Source: Moraxellaceae bacterium (lineage in GTDB: Bacteria > Pseudomonadota > Gammaproteobacteria > Pseudomonadales > Moraxellaceae). From it: a stretch of 64,000 nt of DNA. The stretch lies in contig JBOICI010000036.1 in the NCBI GenBank assembly GCA_050739955.1, positions 11,656 through 75,655 of the forward strand, in the 5' to 3' direction. Position numbers and translations under genes: made by a program. Under the pieces are notes generated by a model that saw only the letters and a program-made list of their open reading frames with translations, ran no database searches and was not told where the DNA came from. The stretch's first letter is position 1; every line of letters starts with the position of its first letter. This document shows, piece after piece, positions 27,332-37,357 of the stretch.

Positions 27332-30300
27332 TTAGCCTTCCAGAGATTCGTACTCCGTTCCGGGTAGTAGCGGCCGCTCGGGCTGCCAGGGTGATTGCTG
27401 CATGGCCTGCTGCAGGGCATGCAATAACTGCTGGCCCTGCACCGGCTTCACCAACACTGGTGCATCGGTAATTTCTGGCAGCAGAGCAGCTTGCGCACTG
27501 AGACGGATAACGGGCAGTGCCGGACGATAACGTCGCGCCAGATGCATGAGCTCGTCACCTTCCAAGCCTGGCATGACCTGATCGGTTATCAGCGCCGCCA
27601 CCGGTGTTGCCACATCTTCCAGCTGCATCGCCGCCTTGGTGCTGTCGGTGAAAATCAGCGGCTCATACCCGGCAGAGCGCAGCAGCTCGCCCAACATGCC
27701 GGCCACCAGCACATCATCATCCACCACCATTACGGTCTCACCACGGCCGGCTTGCAGGTCTGTACTTGCCGGTAACGTGATGGCCATTGCTTCGGCCTCA
27801 CACGCGGGCAAAAGCACACGAAAAGTCGTAGTCCCACGACTGCTGTCCAGAACTATATGCCCGCCAAACTCATGCACCACACCATGCACCACAGCGAGTC
27901 CCATGCCAGTGCCCTGCCCCACCCCCTTGGTGGTGAAGAAAGGATCGAAAATCCGCTCGCGCACTTCCGGGCTGATGCCTGAGCCCTGATCGCTTACCGC
28001 CACTTCCACCCATTCGCCACGCAGCTCCTCATGGCAAGAGGCACAGCGCAAACCGCGCGCTGAAGAGTGCCGGGCAATCAGTTTGACTTCGCCATGGGCA
28101 TCGCAGGCATCACGCGCATTGATGACCAGATTCATCACCACCTGCTGCATGCCCACAGAATCCACACGTATCGGAGGCAGCTGCTGGTTGATATAGGTGC
28201 GCAAACGCAAACTGGCCGGCAAGGTGGGACGTAGCATGCGCACTGTTTCCTGCAGCAGCGCCGAAATTTCCTGCACGCGTGATTCATTGCTGCCGGCACG
28301 ACTGAATAGCAGGAGCTGCCGTATCAGATCGCGGGCACGCGCACCGGCGGCATGGATCTGCTCCAGATAAACGCCCAGCTTGGCATCGCCGGTTTGTGGC
28401 TGACGCCGGGCTGCCAGTTCGGCATAGCCCAGAATGCTGGCCAGAATATTATTGAAATCATGCGCGATGCCGCCGGCCAACTGGCCCACAGCTTCCATTT
28501 TCTGAGCTTGGCGCAAACCTCTTTGCAGCTCGTCGCGCTCAGCCTCCATGCGCGCGATATCGGTGATGTCGCGTACCACACACATGATGCGCTGCGGCGC
28601 TTCGTTATCATCACGGACCAGCCAAGCCTGAATGGAAACCGGCACATGGCTGCCATCAGAGCGCCGTAACTCTTTGCGATAGGAATCACACCAACCACGC
28701 ATCAATATCTGTTCGCGCGCGCGCGCATCCGCCTCTTGCCAGGCTGGCGCCGTTATTTCCTGAAGATTCAAACCCACACGACCCAAATCACTGCTCTGCA
28801 AACCCAACATGCGATATAGCGATGGGTTCGCCGCCTCTACCGAGCCATCCAGAGAAAGGAAGCAGATACCGTTGATATTGGTATCGAAAAGACTGCGATA
28901 ACGCTGCTCAGACTCGCGCTGCTCGCGCTCGGTCTGGCGCATACGCGAGATATCTACCAGCAGGCATTTGACGACAACATGACCATCGTCACGCACTGCA
29001 ATCGCATTGGTGAGGGCATGTACATGGCGGCCATCGGCATGTGTGAAATGCAGCTCAGCATCGTGCACGCCACCATCACGCAGAACAATGCCAAGAAAGC
29101 CACGTATGGTGTCGCTATAGGCCGGGAACAACTCCTCCAGCAAACGCCCTTGCACTTGCTGCGGGCTCTGTATGCCGAACATGACGCAATAAGGCTCATT
29201 CACTTCCAGAATGCGGCCACTGGCACTGAGGCTGAGATAACCGGTATGCGTGTCGGCCACCAAGGTGCGATAAATCTCTTCAGATTTGCGGGCCTCGCGC
29301 TCGCTGCTGATATCAGTGAGATGACCATCCACTGTCCAGCTTCCATCCGGACGTTGCCAGGCCAGACCATGCTCAGCTATCCAGCGCACACCGGAGATGC
29401 CATGACGCAGGCGGTAAATCACTTCAAACCGGCCATCTCCTGCCATGGCAGCTTTCAGTGCTTGTTGCACAAGCAGGCGATCTTCTTCCAACAAGAGATC
29501 ACCCAGGGTGTGTCGTTTTTCTGCACTTAGAAAAAGCAGGCGCTGCTGACCGGTGAGCACCTCTACGCCTTCGCTCAGAAATTCAGGCACGCAATCGTGA
29601 TGCAGCACCTGCTTTCCGGGTATGAAGTCATAGCGATAAACCGCGCCGGAGAGATTGGCAATCAGCGTGGCGAGACGACGCTCGCTCTCCATGAGCGCCC
29701 TTTCTGTCTGCTTACGCTCATGCACATCACTGATCTGGGCTAGGAAGAAATTCTGCCCTGGGGCCAGCTCCACCAGCACGCCACGGGCATTACCCCAGCG
29801 CGCCACTCCATCACGGCGTAAATAACAAGTTTCCATCTGGTAGACACTTTCCGAGCGTGTCTGCAGCGCGGCCAGCGCCAGCGCACTGGCCTGACGATCA
29901 TCCGGATGAATGAGCTCCTGGACATTGAGCGCCACCATCTGCTCGGGCGCGTCGTAACCGAAAAAGCGGGCGCTTTCAGAATTCACCATGCGCAGACGAC
30001 CTTCCGGATCAATCAGCGCCAGCGCTACCGGCACAGATTCAAACATCAAACGAAAGCGCGCCTCGCTGCCGGCCAATTGCTCCAGCGCCGTTTCCAGGGC
30101 AGTCACATCATTGCCTACCAGCGAAAGATAGCGGCGCCCGTCTTTGGGATCAGTGAAGTGTCGCGCGCGCCAGTGCAGCACCCGTGGCAGACCGCTGCCC
30201 AGCGGTACGTTAAAGCTGAATTCAAAAACGTCGTCATTGGCACGCATGGCCATGACACGGGCCGACAACGCCGGGCCTTCCCGGGGCGGCGCATATTTCA

Positions 30301-30571
30301 GAAAAAATTGCTGGCCCAGAGCTTCGGCGCGCGTAGCGCCATACAGTTTTTCCAGCGATGGATTCCAGTCGATGACATGGCAGGTTTCATCCAGCACCAC
30401 CATGCACAGATCGGAAACGAACATGACTTGATGGTATTGCGCCTCGCTGGCCTCAAGGCGCAGCGCCAGCACTTGCTGTTGCTGGCGCTGTTGCCGCCAG
30501 AGCCACAACAGGAAGCCAATGAGAGCGGTCTTGACGACCAGAAGAAGGATTAGCAGAAGCACAAGCGACAT
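27332..30571 (-). CDS. hybrid sensor histidine kinase with multiple PAS domains and a C-terminal receiver
   Basis: One N-terminal TM helix, at least four PAS-like modules, HisKA H-box (GIAHDFNNIL), HATPase N/G boxes (NLVINARDA, DQGSGI, GTGMGLAVV), and a receiver domain (VMVVDDD...LITDQVMPGLEG). No Hpt domain is present. Confidence 0.9.
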   Translation of the reverse strand: MSLVLLLILLLVVKTALIGFLLWLWRQQRQQQQVLALRLEASEAQYHQVMFVSDLCMVVLDETCHVIDWNPSLEKLYGATRAEALGQQFFLKYAPPREGPALSARVMAMRANDDVFEFSFNVPLGSGLPRVLHWRARHFTDPKDGRRYLSLVGNDVTALETALEQLAGSEARFRLMFESVPVALALIDPEGRLRMVNSESARFFGYDAPEQMVALNVQELIHPDDRQASALALAALQTRSESVYQMETCYLRRDGVARWGNARGVLVELAPGQNFFLAQISDVHERKQTERALMESERRLATLIANLSGAVYRYDFIPGKQVLHHDCVPEFLSEGVEVLTGQQRLLFLSAEKRHTLGDLLLEEDRLLVQQALKAAMAGDGRFEVIYRLRHGISGVRWIAEHGLAWQRPDGSWTVDGHLTDISSEREARKSEEIYRTLVADTHTGYLSLSASGRILEVNEPYCVMFGIQSPQQVQGRLLEELFPAYSDTIRGFLGIVLRDGGVHDAELHFTHADGRHVHALTNAIAVRDDGHVVVKCLLVDISRMRQTEREQRESEQRYRSLFDTNINGICFLSLDGSVEAANPSLYRMLGLQSSDLGRVGLNLQEITAPAWQEADARAREQILMRGWCDSYRKELRRSDGSHVPVSIQAWLVRDDNEAPQRIMCVVRDITDIARMEAERDELQRGLRQAQKMEAVGQLAGGIAHDFNNILASILGYAELAARRQPQTGDAKLGVYLEQIHAAGARARDLIRQLLLFSRAGSNESRVQEISALLQETVRMLRPTLPASLRLRTYINQQLPPIRVDSVGMQQVVMNLVINARDACDAHGEVKLIARHSSARGLRCASCHEELRGEWVEVAVSDQGSGISPEVRERIFDPFFTTKGVGQGTGMGLAVVHGVVHEFGGHIVLDSSRGTTTFRVLLPACEAEAMAITLPASTDLQAGRGETVMVVDDDVLVAGMLGELLRSAGYEPLIFTDSTKAAMQLEDVATPVAALITDQVMPGLEGDELMHLARRYRPALPVIRLSAQAALLPEITDAPVLVKPVQGQQLLHALQQAMQQSPWQPERPLLPGTEYESLEG

Positions 30572-30784
30572 GAAGGAGCCCCATCAGGTCGCGGCATCCC
30601 GCCGCAGAGTGTGTCCCTAGTTTTCTTGTTTTACACACCATGCTTGGTGCGACAGGCTGGCAGCAAGCGCCACCCGAAGCGTGGCATATGTCACAGACGA
30701 AAACGGGGACCGCCACACAAAGTGTGATGAACATCACACTGCAAGGAGAGGGCTAACTCGGAAAGACAAGTGGACCGCCGCCGG

Positions 30785-31780
30785 CTAGCGCAGATTCTTT
30801 TCCCGGGCGGCCTGCCCCGGCGTCATGTCGAACCAGCGCCGGAAGGCCCGTGAGAAGGCGCTGCTGCTGGAAAAGCCCAGCATCAGGGCCAGCTCAGTCA
30901 AAGAGCGCAGCTTGCCCGCCGTGCCGCTCAGCCACTGTCGGGCAATCTCGCGGCGGGTCTCGTCCAGCACCTCCTGAAAGGTCTTGCCCTCACCACCCAG
31001 ATGACGCTGCAGGCTGCGCGTGCTGACATGCAGACAGGCCGATATGTCGGCCAGTGTGGGCTCGGCATCAGCCAGACGCTGGCGTATGAGCTGGCTGACC
31101 TTGGCCGACCAGCTGGCATCACTCTCCAAGGAGGCGAGCCGCTGCTCCAGCAGCGGCTCGAACTGACGCGCCACCTCCGCCCCCAACGGGGCTTCGCGAT
31201 AACCCTTGAGCGGCAATACCAGCGTGGTGGAGGCCGCGTCCTGCTCCACCGGACAAGCGAAATAAGCCTCATAAGCGGCTTGGCCAGCAGGATTATGAAA
31301 AGCCAGCGAGACCGAGAGCGGATCTGGCGGCGGGTTCAGGCGAAAACGCAGCAAGCGGATGATGAGGCCAGCGGCAAACTCCACCGCCCGCCAGTGTGGA
31401 TCACCATTGGTGTGGATAGTGATGGAGAGTGTGTCTTCCTCCTCCACGATCTCGTAATACATGGCATCGGTGAGCAGGCGATGGAAGCGGGCAATGCGGT
31501 CCATGACCTGAGGCAGGCTGCCGCCGGCCACCATGACCACACCCAGCTCCCCGAAATCAGTGAAATCAATCTGCTCGAGCATGGACAGACCCAGCACCGG
31601 GTCTTCGCTCTGCGCCTCGGCCACAGTCCAGATACGCCGGGTAAGCTCCACCGGCAGGCGGCCCGAACCGCTCTCGCCGACACTCAGACCAGCCACATCC
31701 AGACCGGCCTGCAGATCATGGCCGCCGGCGCGCAGGGTGCGGCTGAGTATGAGCATCCAATTGTGGAAGGTTCCGAGCAT
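30785..31780 (-). CDS. AraC-family transcriptional regulator
   Basis: C-terminal HTH (LTELALMLGFSSSSAFSRAFRRWFDMTPGQ). It is divergent from the desaturase gene. Confidence 0.8.
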   Translation of the reverse strand: MLGTFHNWMLILSRTLRAGGHDLQAGLDVAGLSVGESGSGRLPVELTRRIWTVAEAQSEDPVLGLSMLEQIDFTDFGELGVVMVAGGSLPQVMDRIARFHRLLTDAMYYEIVEEEDTLSITIHTNGDPHWRAVEFAAGLIIRLLRFRLNPPPDPLSVSLAFHNPAGQAAYEAYFACPVEQDAASTTLVLPLKGYREAPLGAEVARQFEPLLEQRLASLESDASWSAKVSQLIRQRLADAEPTLADISACLHVSTRSLQRHLGGEGKTFQEVLDETRREIARQWLSGTAGKLRSLTELALMLGFSSSSAFSRAFRRWFDMTPGQAAREKNLR

Positions 31781-32006
31781 GTGGACTGCCTTAGGCTCAG
31801 TATTGGCGCCGATCAGCCGGGAGTCTGTCCCTGGGCCGTCGGCACTTCGTTATTGGCGGCCAGACCGTCAACCCGGCGCGTTGGGTCAACAGCTTGGCAT
31901 TTCCGGCAAAGCATAAACGCCCCCGCCCCCCTAGCCTACCCTCACAGCCTGGCAACAGGCCTTAAAACAATCGGGCCGGATTGCCCGCAGTATCGAGGGA
32001 AACGTC

Positions 32007-33152
32007 ATGACAAGCCCCAGCACCGCAGCCAGTACCTCTCGCCTTGCCTCCGAGCAGCACATCAATGCCGTGGATGCCGCCCGCAGCCAGCGTATACGCC
32101 AAGGCATACTGGAAGCCGGCAATGCCCTGCGTGCCCGCCATCCTTGGCTGGAAAAGCACCAGAACAGCATAGGCATGAGCATCTTCTGGATCAGCATCGC
32201 CGGCATTCTGGGCAGTGCCTGGGCTTATTACACCGGCACCTTCGCCTGGTATGTCGCCATCCCGGTTGCCGCCATCTTCATGTCGCTGCTGCATGAGCTC
32301 GAACACGACCTCATCCACATGATGTATTTCCGCAAGAACAAGTTCTGGAATGATTTCATGTTGGGCGGCGTCTGGCTGTTTCGCCCCAGCACCATCAGTC
32401 CCTGGGTGCGTCGCCGTCTGCATATCCACCACCACAAAGTGTCCGGAACTGAAACTGATCTGGAAGAGCGTGGCATCACCAATGGCGAGAAATGGGGCCT
32501 CAAGCGCCTGCTCATGACCGGCGACAATATGCTGGCCATCTATCTGCGTCCTTTCGCCACCTACAAGATGACACGCGCCTTTGTGCGCGAAGTGGCCAAG
32601 ACCAAAGCAGAGGCTCGCATCATCGCCCGTGAAAACGTGCTGGGCTATTTCCCGTTGGGCATCATCAATTACGCACTGTGGCATGGCTTCATTGTCTACC
32701 ACGCCACACTGATAACGCTGGGCTTGTTCGGCATTCACCCTGCTGTTCCCACCATGCTGCAGACCGTAATGAGTGCGGTAGACCTCTATGCCGTGGCGAT
32801 TGCTGCGCCGAATGCGTTGCGCACCTTCTGCCTGCACTTCGTGAGTTCGAACATGCATTACTACGGTGATGTGGAAAAAGGCAATATCGTGCAGCAGTGC
32901 CAGATCTGGACCACGCCCTGGGCAATCCCCCTGCACCTGTTCTGCTTCAACTTTGCCGGCACCCATGCCTTCCACCACTTCGTAGTACGTGACGCGTTCT
33001 ATATCCGCCAGTGGCTAGCCCCCAGCCTGTATCCGCTGATGCGTGAGAATGGTGTGCGTTTCAACGATTTCGGCACCTTCAAGCGCGCCAATCGTATGTA
33101 TGCCAAACCTGATCTGCGCATGGTGACTCCAGCACAGAAAGCCACTGCATGA
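32007..33152 (+). CDS. membrane fatty-acid desaturase-family di-iron protein
   Basis: Three His boxes are present: HELEHDLIH, HIHHHK, and HAFHHFV, plus NMHYYGD. Hydrophobic segments separate the boxes. Confidence 0.75.
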   Translation: MTSPSTAASTSRLASEQHINAVDAARSQRIRQGILEAGNALRARHPWLEKHQNSIGMSIFWISIAGILGSAWAYYTGTFAWYVAIPVAAIFMSLLHELEHDLIHMMYFRKNKFWNDFMLGGVWLFRPSTISPWVRRRLHIHHHKVSGTETDLEERGITNGEKWGLKRLLMTGDNMLAIYLRPFATYKMTRAFVREVAKTKAEARIIARENVLGYFPLGIINYALWHGFIVYHATLITLGLFGIHPAVPTMLQTVMSAVDLYAVAIAAPNALRTFCLHFVSSNMHYYGDVEKGNIVQQCQIWTTPWAIPLHLFCFNFAGTHAFHHFVVRDAFYIRQWLAPSLYPLMRENGVRFNDFGTFKRANRMYAKPDLRMVTPAQKATA

Positions 33153-33167
33153 CGCAACAAAGACCAT

Positions 33168-33197
33168 AAAAAAGGCCCGCGATTGCGGGCCTTTTTT
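33168..33197. terminator. bidirectional rho-independent terminator
   Basis: AAAAAAGGCCCGC-GATT-GCGGGCCTTTTTT, between the convergent desaturase and H-NOX genes. Confidence 0.85.
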
Positions 33198-33210
33198 ATG
33201 CTGTATGTCA

Positions 33211-33759
33211 TCAGGCCGCCTGGCCGGCTACCGCCGGGAACTGTATGGAAACCCGGGTGGTATCCAGCACACGCACTTCCAGTTTCTCGTTGAAATAATT
33301 ACCTATGCCACGGGCCAGACCGGCATAAAGATGAACAAGTCCTCGCGGCGAAATATAGTGAACCACCAACTCGCCATTTTCCTTTTCTTCATAACGGAAG
33401 CGCGGCGGGCGGGCATTCGCCATGGTCTCGGTCACTTGCACATGCACCTGATCCAGTTTGAGCAAAAACTGGCGCGCGGTTTTCACCCCTTTGTAGACCG
33501 AAGAGTAAATCTTGGGCGCATAAATCACAGACCAGAAGTTGCCATAAGCATCGGCCAGCGCCTCATGGCTTTTGAAATAGCGTTTCTGGGCTTCACCAAA
33601 AAGAGCCAGCGCTTGGCCGTCCTCAACATCGGTAGACAGCAATATCACCTTGTTCCTGTCGATGCCGGCTGCCGCCAGCATATTCTTCCAGTCCTCAATA
33701 CTGAGACCGTTTTGTTCGGCAAGCATGTCCCTGAGACAAACAATTATGGTTCCTTTCAT
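33211..33759 (-). CDS. H-NOX (heme-nitric oxide/oxygen binding) domain protein
   Basis: 182 aa with N-terminus MKGTII...L. The candidate proximal His lies in FLLKLDQVHVQV (NLDxLH-like context). The Y-x-S-x-R heme-propionate motif is present as HYISPRGL. Confidence 0.7.
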   Translation of the reverse strand: MKGTIIVCLRDMLAEQNGLSIEDWKNMLAAAGIDRNKVILLSTDVEDGQALALFGEAQKRYFKSHEALADAYGNFWSVIYAPKIYSSVYKGVKTARQFLLKLDQVHVQVTETMANARPPRFRYEEKENGELVVHYISPRGLVHLYAGLARGIGNYFNEKLEVRVLDTTRVSIQFPAVAGQAA

Positions 33760-33909
33760 GATGCTCCCCTGCAGAGTGAAAAACTGATCCTAGTACAGCC
33801 CGGCAAAAGCAGTAGGGCGCCATTGGCTCATGACTGGTCTTCGCGAATCACTAGTGCCGCTCCAACGTGAAAGCGTGAACTGCATCACAAGAGATATCAG
33901 GAGGAGCCC

Positions 33910-33940
33910 ATAAAAAAAGGCCCGCTGCAGGGGCCTTTTT
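33910..33940 (-). terminator. rho-independent terminator downstream of the glycine-zipper gene
   Basis: Read on the minus strand: GGCCCC-TGCAGC-GGGCC hairpin followed by TTTTTTT. Confidence 0.7.
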
Positions 33941-33958
33941 TCATTACTGCCAACTGAC

Positions 33959-34441
33959 TCAGTGCCAGCGACCACGGTCATTATCGCGCTCACGGCCACG
34001 ACTATTGCCACGATCATTATCATTCCAGGCGTAATCACGCTTCCAGTTCTTGTCGTGGCCATAGCCATGACCGCGTCCCGGCTTGCGCTCTACCACCACT
34101 ACGCGGCGCGGCTCGTAATAACGATGCACCACTACATTACGCGGCACTTCGCGCACCACTACACGCTCATACACCTGGGGCTCGTGATAAACCACGGTGC
34201 GGGTTTCCACACGCTGACGATCACGATCCGAGGTGGCAATGGCCACACCGGTGATGGCGCCAATGGCACTGCCTATCAAAGCGCCGTCACGTCCGTTAAC
34301 GGAATGGCCTATGAGAGCGCCAGCTCCACCACCGACCACAGCACCCACCACGGCATCACTTTGCTGGCCTGCCATGGCTGCGGCACTGAAAGCTGTCGAC
34401 ATCACGAGAGCAGAAATCATCAGTATCCGTTTCATCATCAT
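33959..34441 (-). CDS. glycine-zipper (Gly-zipper_2TM / 17-kDa antigen-like) secreted protein with an Arg/Asp-rich tail
   Basis: Signal peptide MMMKRILMISALVMSTAFSAAAMA and glycine zipper GAVVGGGAGALIGHSVNGRDGALIGSAIGAITGVAIA. The start at 34441 has AGAGGA upstream. The longer tracked ORF (to 34897) lacks protein-like character. Confidence 0.75.
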   Translation of the reverse strand: MMMKRILMISALVMSTAFSAAAMAGQQSDAVVGAVVGGGAGALIGHSVNGRDGALIGSAIGAITGVAIATSDRDRQRVETRTVVYHEPQVYERVVVREVPRNVVVHRYYEPRRVVVVERKPGRGHGYGHDKNWKRDYAWNDNDRGNSRGRERDNDRGRWH

Positions 34442-34909
34442 TTCCTCTTGTTGTGCTCCCGGGTGGAGCGACCAGGCTTGCTGCCTGTATGGATCAACGT
34501 CCAGCGGCAAAGACAGTTGACGTAAAAACCCGGGCATTACATTTGAACAACATGAAGCGGACTCCTGCCGCAGCCGGGAAAGCCTCAACCCGTCTCCAGC
34601 CTCCACACGCAGGCTCAAAGCATCCAGCACCTCTTCACGACTCACATCCTGTGGCGGCTCCAGCAAAAGCTGCAGCAATGTGGAGGCAACCAGATTATTG
34701 ATGAGGTGCAGCGAAGCCTGTGATGCTGGTACGGGAATACGGGTGCCGGCACTTTGTCGGGCAGCTTGCGAAAGATGAAAAGAACTTCCAGCGCTGGCGT
34801 TTTCTGGTGCGGTGCACGGTGAAATCGCTGCCTGCCCGCTGGCGTCAGAATCCGGATGCATGGAGGGCCATGCAAGCACGCAACTCCTGGCGGTCAAGGG
34901 ATACAGAAC

Positions 34910-35485
34910 TCACGCCGTCCGGCTGGCCACCAGTGCATTGATAAAGCTTTCTGCCGTGCGCACATCACGCAGTGCCATAAAGCCACGCTTGTGCTCTACC
35001 GTACTGCCCTTGTTGCCGCGCCGCATTTCAATATCAAACACAAGATCGCCCGAACCATCGGGCCGTTCGGTACGGCTAATCTGGCCCAGCTGATCAGGCC
35101 CCCAGGAAATCATGTTCACCGAGCGTTTGCCGGCCAGCATGAAAGCCCGTGTATTGCTGATGACATAAACCGTGTGCTGCGCATTGACACGTAGCCACCA
35201 CGGCGAAGCCAGACCACCGATACCGATGAAGAGGAAAGGCAGGCCGAACAAGGGAAAGAAGGAAAACGGCCCGGAAAAATCCGGGATGCGAAAGCCGGCG
35301 GCACCCCATATCCAGAAAAGCGAAAACGCGGTCCAGGGAATGAAGAAAAACCAGATCAGAAAACCCTGCCGCATGAGGCGAGAAGGGTCGGGCTGTCCCG
35401 CCCAGCGCACTACCTCACCCGGCATCAACTCACGCGTCACCCGCTGCTGCAGCGCGGGCGACATCTTCATCAGATCCATGCTCAT
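34910..35485 (-). CDS. hypothetical membrane protein
   Basis: 191 aa with two clear TM helices (FLIWFFFIPWTAFSLFWIWGAAG; FFPLFGLPFLFIGIGGLASPWW) followed by a soluble beta-rich tail. Confidence 0.6.
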   Translation of the reverse strand: MSMDLMKMSPALQQRVTRELMPGEVVRWAGQPDPSRLMRQGFLIWFFFIPWTAFSLFWIWGAAGFRIPDFSGPFSFFPLFGLPFLFIGIGGLASPWWLRVNAQHTVYVISNTRAFMLAGKRSVNMISWGPDQLGQISRTERPDGSGDLVFDIEMRRGNKGSTVEHKRGFMALRDVRTAESFINALVASRTA

Positions 35486-35530
35486 GCATCATTCCAAGCG
35501 CAACATCAGCGCCTGATTCTGCATCAGCAC

Positions 35531-36415
35531 TCACGGCGCGGGAACAGCCCCGCTCTCATGCAGAGCCAGCTCCAGCCCCACCAGAACACGCTTGCGCGAC
35601 TCGCCCCAGCGATACTCACCCAACACGCCGTTGGCACGTATGACGCGATGACAGGGAATGAGCAAGGCCACGGGATTGGCACCCACAGCCGAACCCACGG
35701 CCCGACTGGCCGCAGGCTGGTCTATGGCATGAGCCAGCGCGCCATAGCTCAGCAGGCGCCCTTCTGGCACACGCAGTAATGCTTGCCAAACCTTGAGCTG
35801 AAACTGGCTGCCCTTGACGAAAAGATGCACGGGCTCCGGCTGCCGATAGCTAGAAAACAATTGCACGGCCCGGTGCTGGGCTTGTGGATCGTCACGCTGC
35901 AACACAGCAGCCGGCCATTCTTTTTGCAGCTCCAGAAATTCTGTGTGCCCGCCATCGTCGGTAAACGCCAGCTTCATGAGGCCACGTGCACTCTGCGCCA
36001 GCAGTGCCGGGCCGAAGGGCGTCGCGGCCATGCCCCAGACGATTGTCAGTCCCGTGCCTCCGCTCTTGAATTCACCGGGGCTCGCCGCCTCGCAGGTAAT
36101 GAGCAAATCATGCAAACGTCCCGGACCGGAAAGCCCGGCCACTGCGCTCGCGCCCAACATGTCTGCACCAGCACGCAGAGCCGCACGCGCGCGCTCATGC
36201 GAAAGATGCTGAAGGAAACGTTTGGGGCTGATACCGGCCCAGCGCGCAAACAGCTTTTGCACATGAAATTCAGAAAGCTGCATATATGCCGCCAGCTCAG
36301 CCAGAGAGGGCTGCGCCTCAGCGTGGGCACACAACCAGCGCAAGGCTTCGGCCATTCTGTCGTAGTGCTCGGCCTGATCACTCAGGGCAGCAGAAATCGG
36401 GGAGGATGCATTCAT
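35531..36415 (-). CDS. AraC-HTH / methylated-DNA-protein-cysteine methyltransferase fusion (Ada-like, without the N-terminal Zn domain)
   Basis: N-terminal HTH (LAELAAYMQLSEFHVQKLFARWAGISPKRF). C-terminal MGMT active site IPCHRVI with the flanking SYGALA..AVGSAVGANP. Confidence 0.85.
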   Translation of the reverse strand: MNASSPISAALSDQAEHYDRMAEALRWLCAHAEAQPSLAELAAYMQLSEFHVQKLFARWAGISPKRFLQHLSHERARAALRAGADMLGASAVAGLSGPGRLHDLLITCEAASPGEFKSGGTGLTIVWGMAATPFGPALLAQSARGLMKLAFTDDGGHTEFLELQKEWPAAVLQRDDPQAQHRAVQLFSSYRQPEPVHLFVKGSQFQLKVWQALLRVPEGRLLSYGALAHAIDQPAASRAVGSAVGANPVALLIPCHRVIRANGVLGEYRWGESRKRVLVGLELALHESGAVPAP

Positions 36416-36579
36416 GTCACGATCATAAGGCCGCGCTTCTCCAGCGCCCACCCGCTTCTTGTCATGGCCGCGCAACAGGCCATATTCATGTCAGGCAGGA
36501 TGAGTGGAATGGTCATTCTCAAGGCCCAAATCGCCACTTAAGCTGGCCCGCAATTCCCGCCCTACCGGAGCAATACCCC

Positions 36580-37023
36580 ATGAGCGCCCAGAGCCAATTC
36601 CAGCAACTGCAATCCTCCAGTGAACGCATAGATATTGCCGTGCTGCAGGATTTCTTCGACCGCCTCGAAGCCCTGCCCGCCGAATTCATGCTGGGCGAAT
36701 GGGACGGTGGCGTTTTCAATACCGGCCACCCCGGTGAAAAGCAATTAGGTGCACTCAACTGGCATGGCAAGGCTTTTCACAGTGCCAATGATGTGAATCC
36801 CATCATCAGTCATGACGCCGATGGCAAACGTGTGCTTAATCCCGTGCTGGGCACAGCCTGCCTGCGCAGCGTGGCCTATCGTGGCGTCGTCACGACCACC
36901 ATGGTGTATGACAGCCATCCCATCTTCGATCATTTCCGCAAGATTGATGAGAGCACCGTGCTCGGCGTAATGGATAGAAAAGGAGATGAGATGCCTCTTT
37001 TCTTTTTCTTGAAACGCATCTGA
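36580..37023 (+). CDS. GXWXG / DUF4334-type protein
   Basis: GEWDG motif (FMLGEWDGGVFNTGHP), and a C-terminal FDHFRKIDESTVLGVMDRKG pattern typical of the paired GXWXG+DUF4334 family. The start ATG at 36580 has CCGGAG upstream. Confidence 0.6.
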   Translation: MSAQSQFQQLQSSSERIDIAVLQDFFDRLEALPAEFMLGEWDGGVFNTGHPGEKQLGALNWHGKAFHSANDVNPIISHDADGKRVLNPVLGTACLRSVAYRGVVTTTMVYDSHPIFDHFRKIDESTVLGVMDRKGDEMPLFFFLKRI

Positions 37024-37357
37024 AGTATTCAAGCGCATCTCATAGCGTGAAAAAAATCCCTGCCGATGCAGGAATTTTTAATTTTCAGAACCCATCTCGT
37101 AAACAAAGCAGTTACACCTGCATCACATATCTCCCCTTAAAAGCCCGGCCACATAGCACAGGGATAACTCAAAACCGACGCCAGGCCAGTTCAATAAAAG
37201 CTCAAACTACAGAAACGCCCATCTTGCACAGCAAACTTTTCAGCGACCGCAGTTAGATTGGTTTCACGCCCAGCGCGTTTGACGAGGAAAACCGGAACAC
37301 TGGAAATACCGGAAATTTCCTTGAAGCCTGTTAAACCAATGGAAGGATGCCATCATC

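Noticed and set aside
37130-37190. Sequence resembling a c-di-GMP-I (GEMM) riboswitch core, upstream of the outer-membrane protein gene (GCACAGGGATAAC ... GACGCCAGGCC).
   Set aside because: Only two short strings resemble the consensus (GCACAGGGCAAAC, GACGCAAAGCC). The intervening GNRA hairpin, the receptor helix and the closing P1 pairing cannot be drawn.
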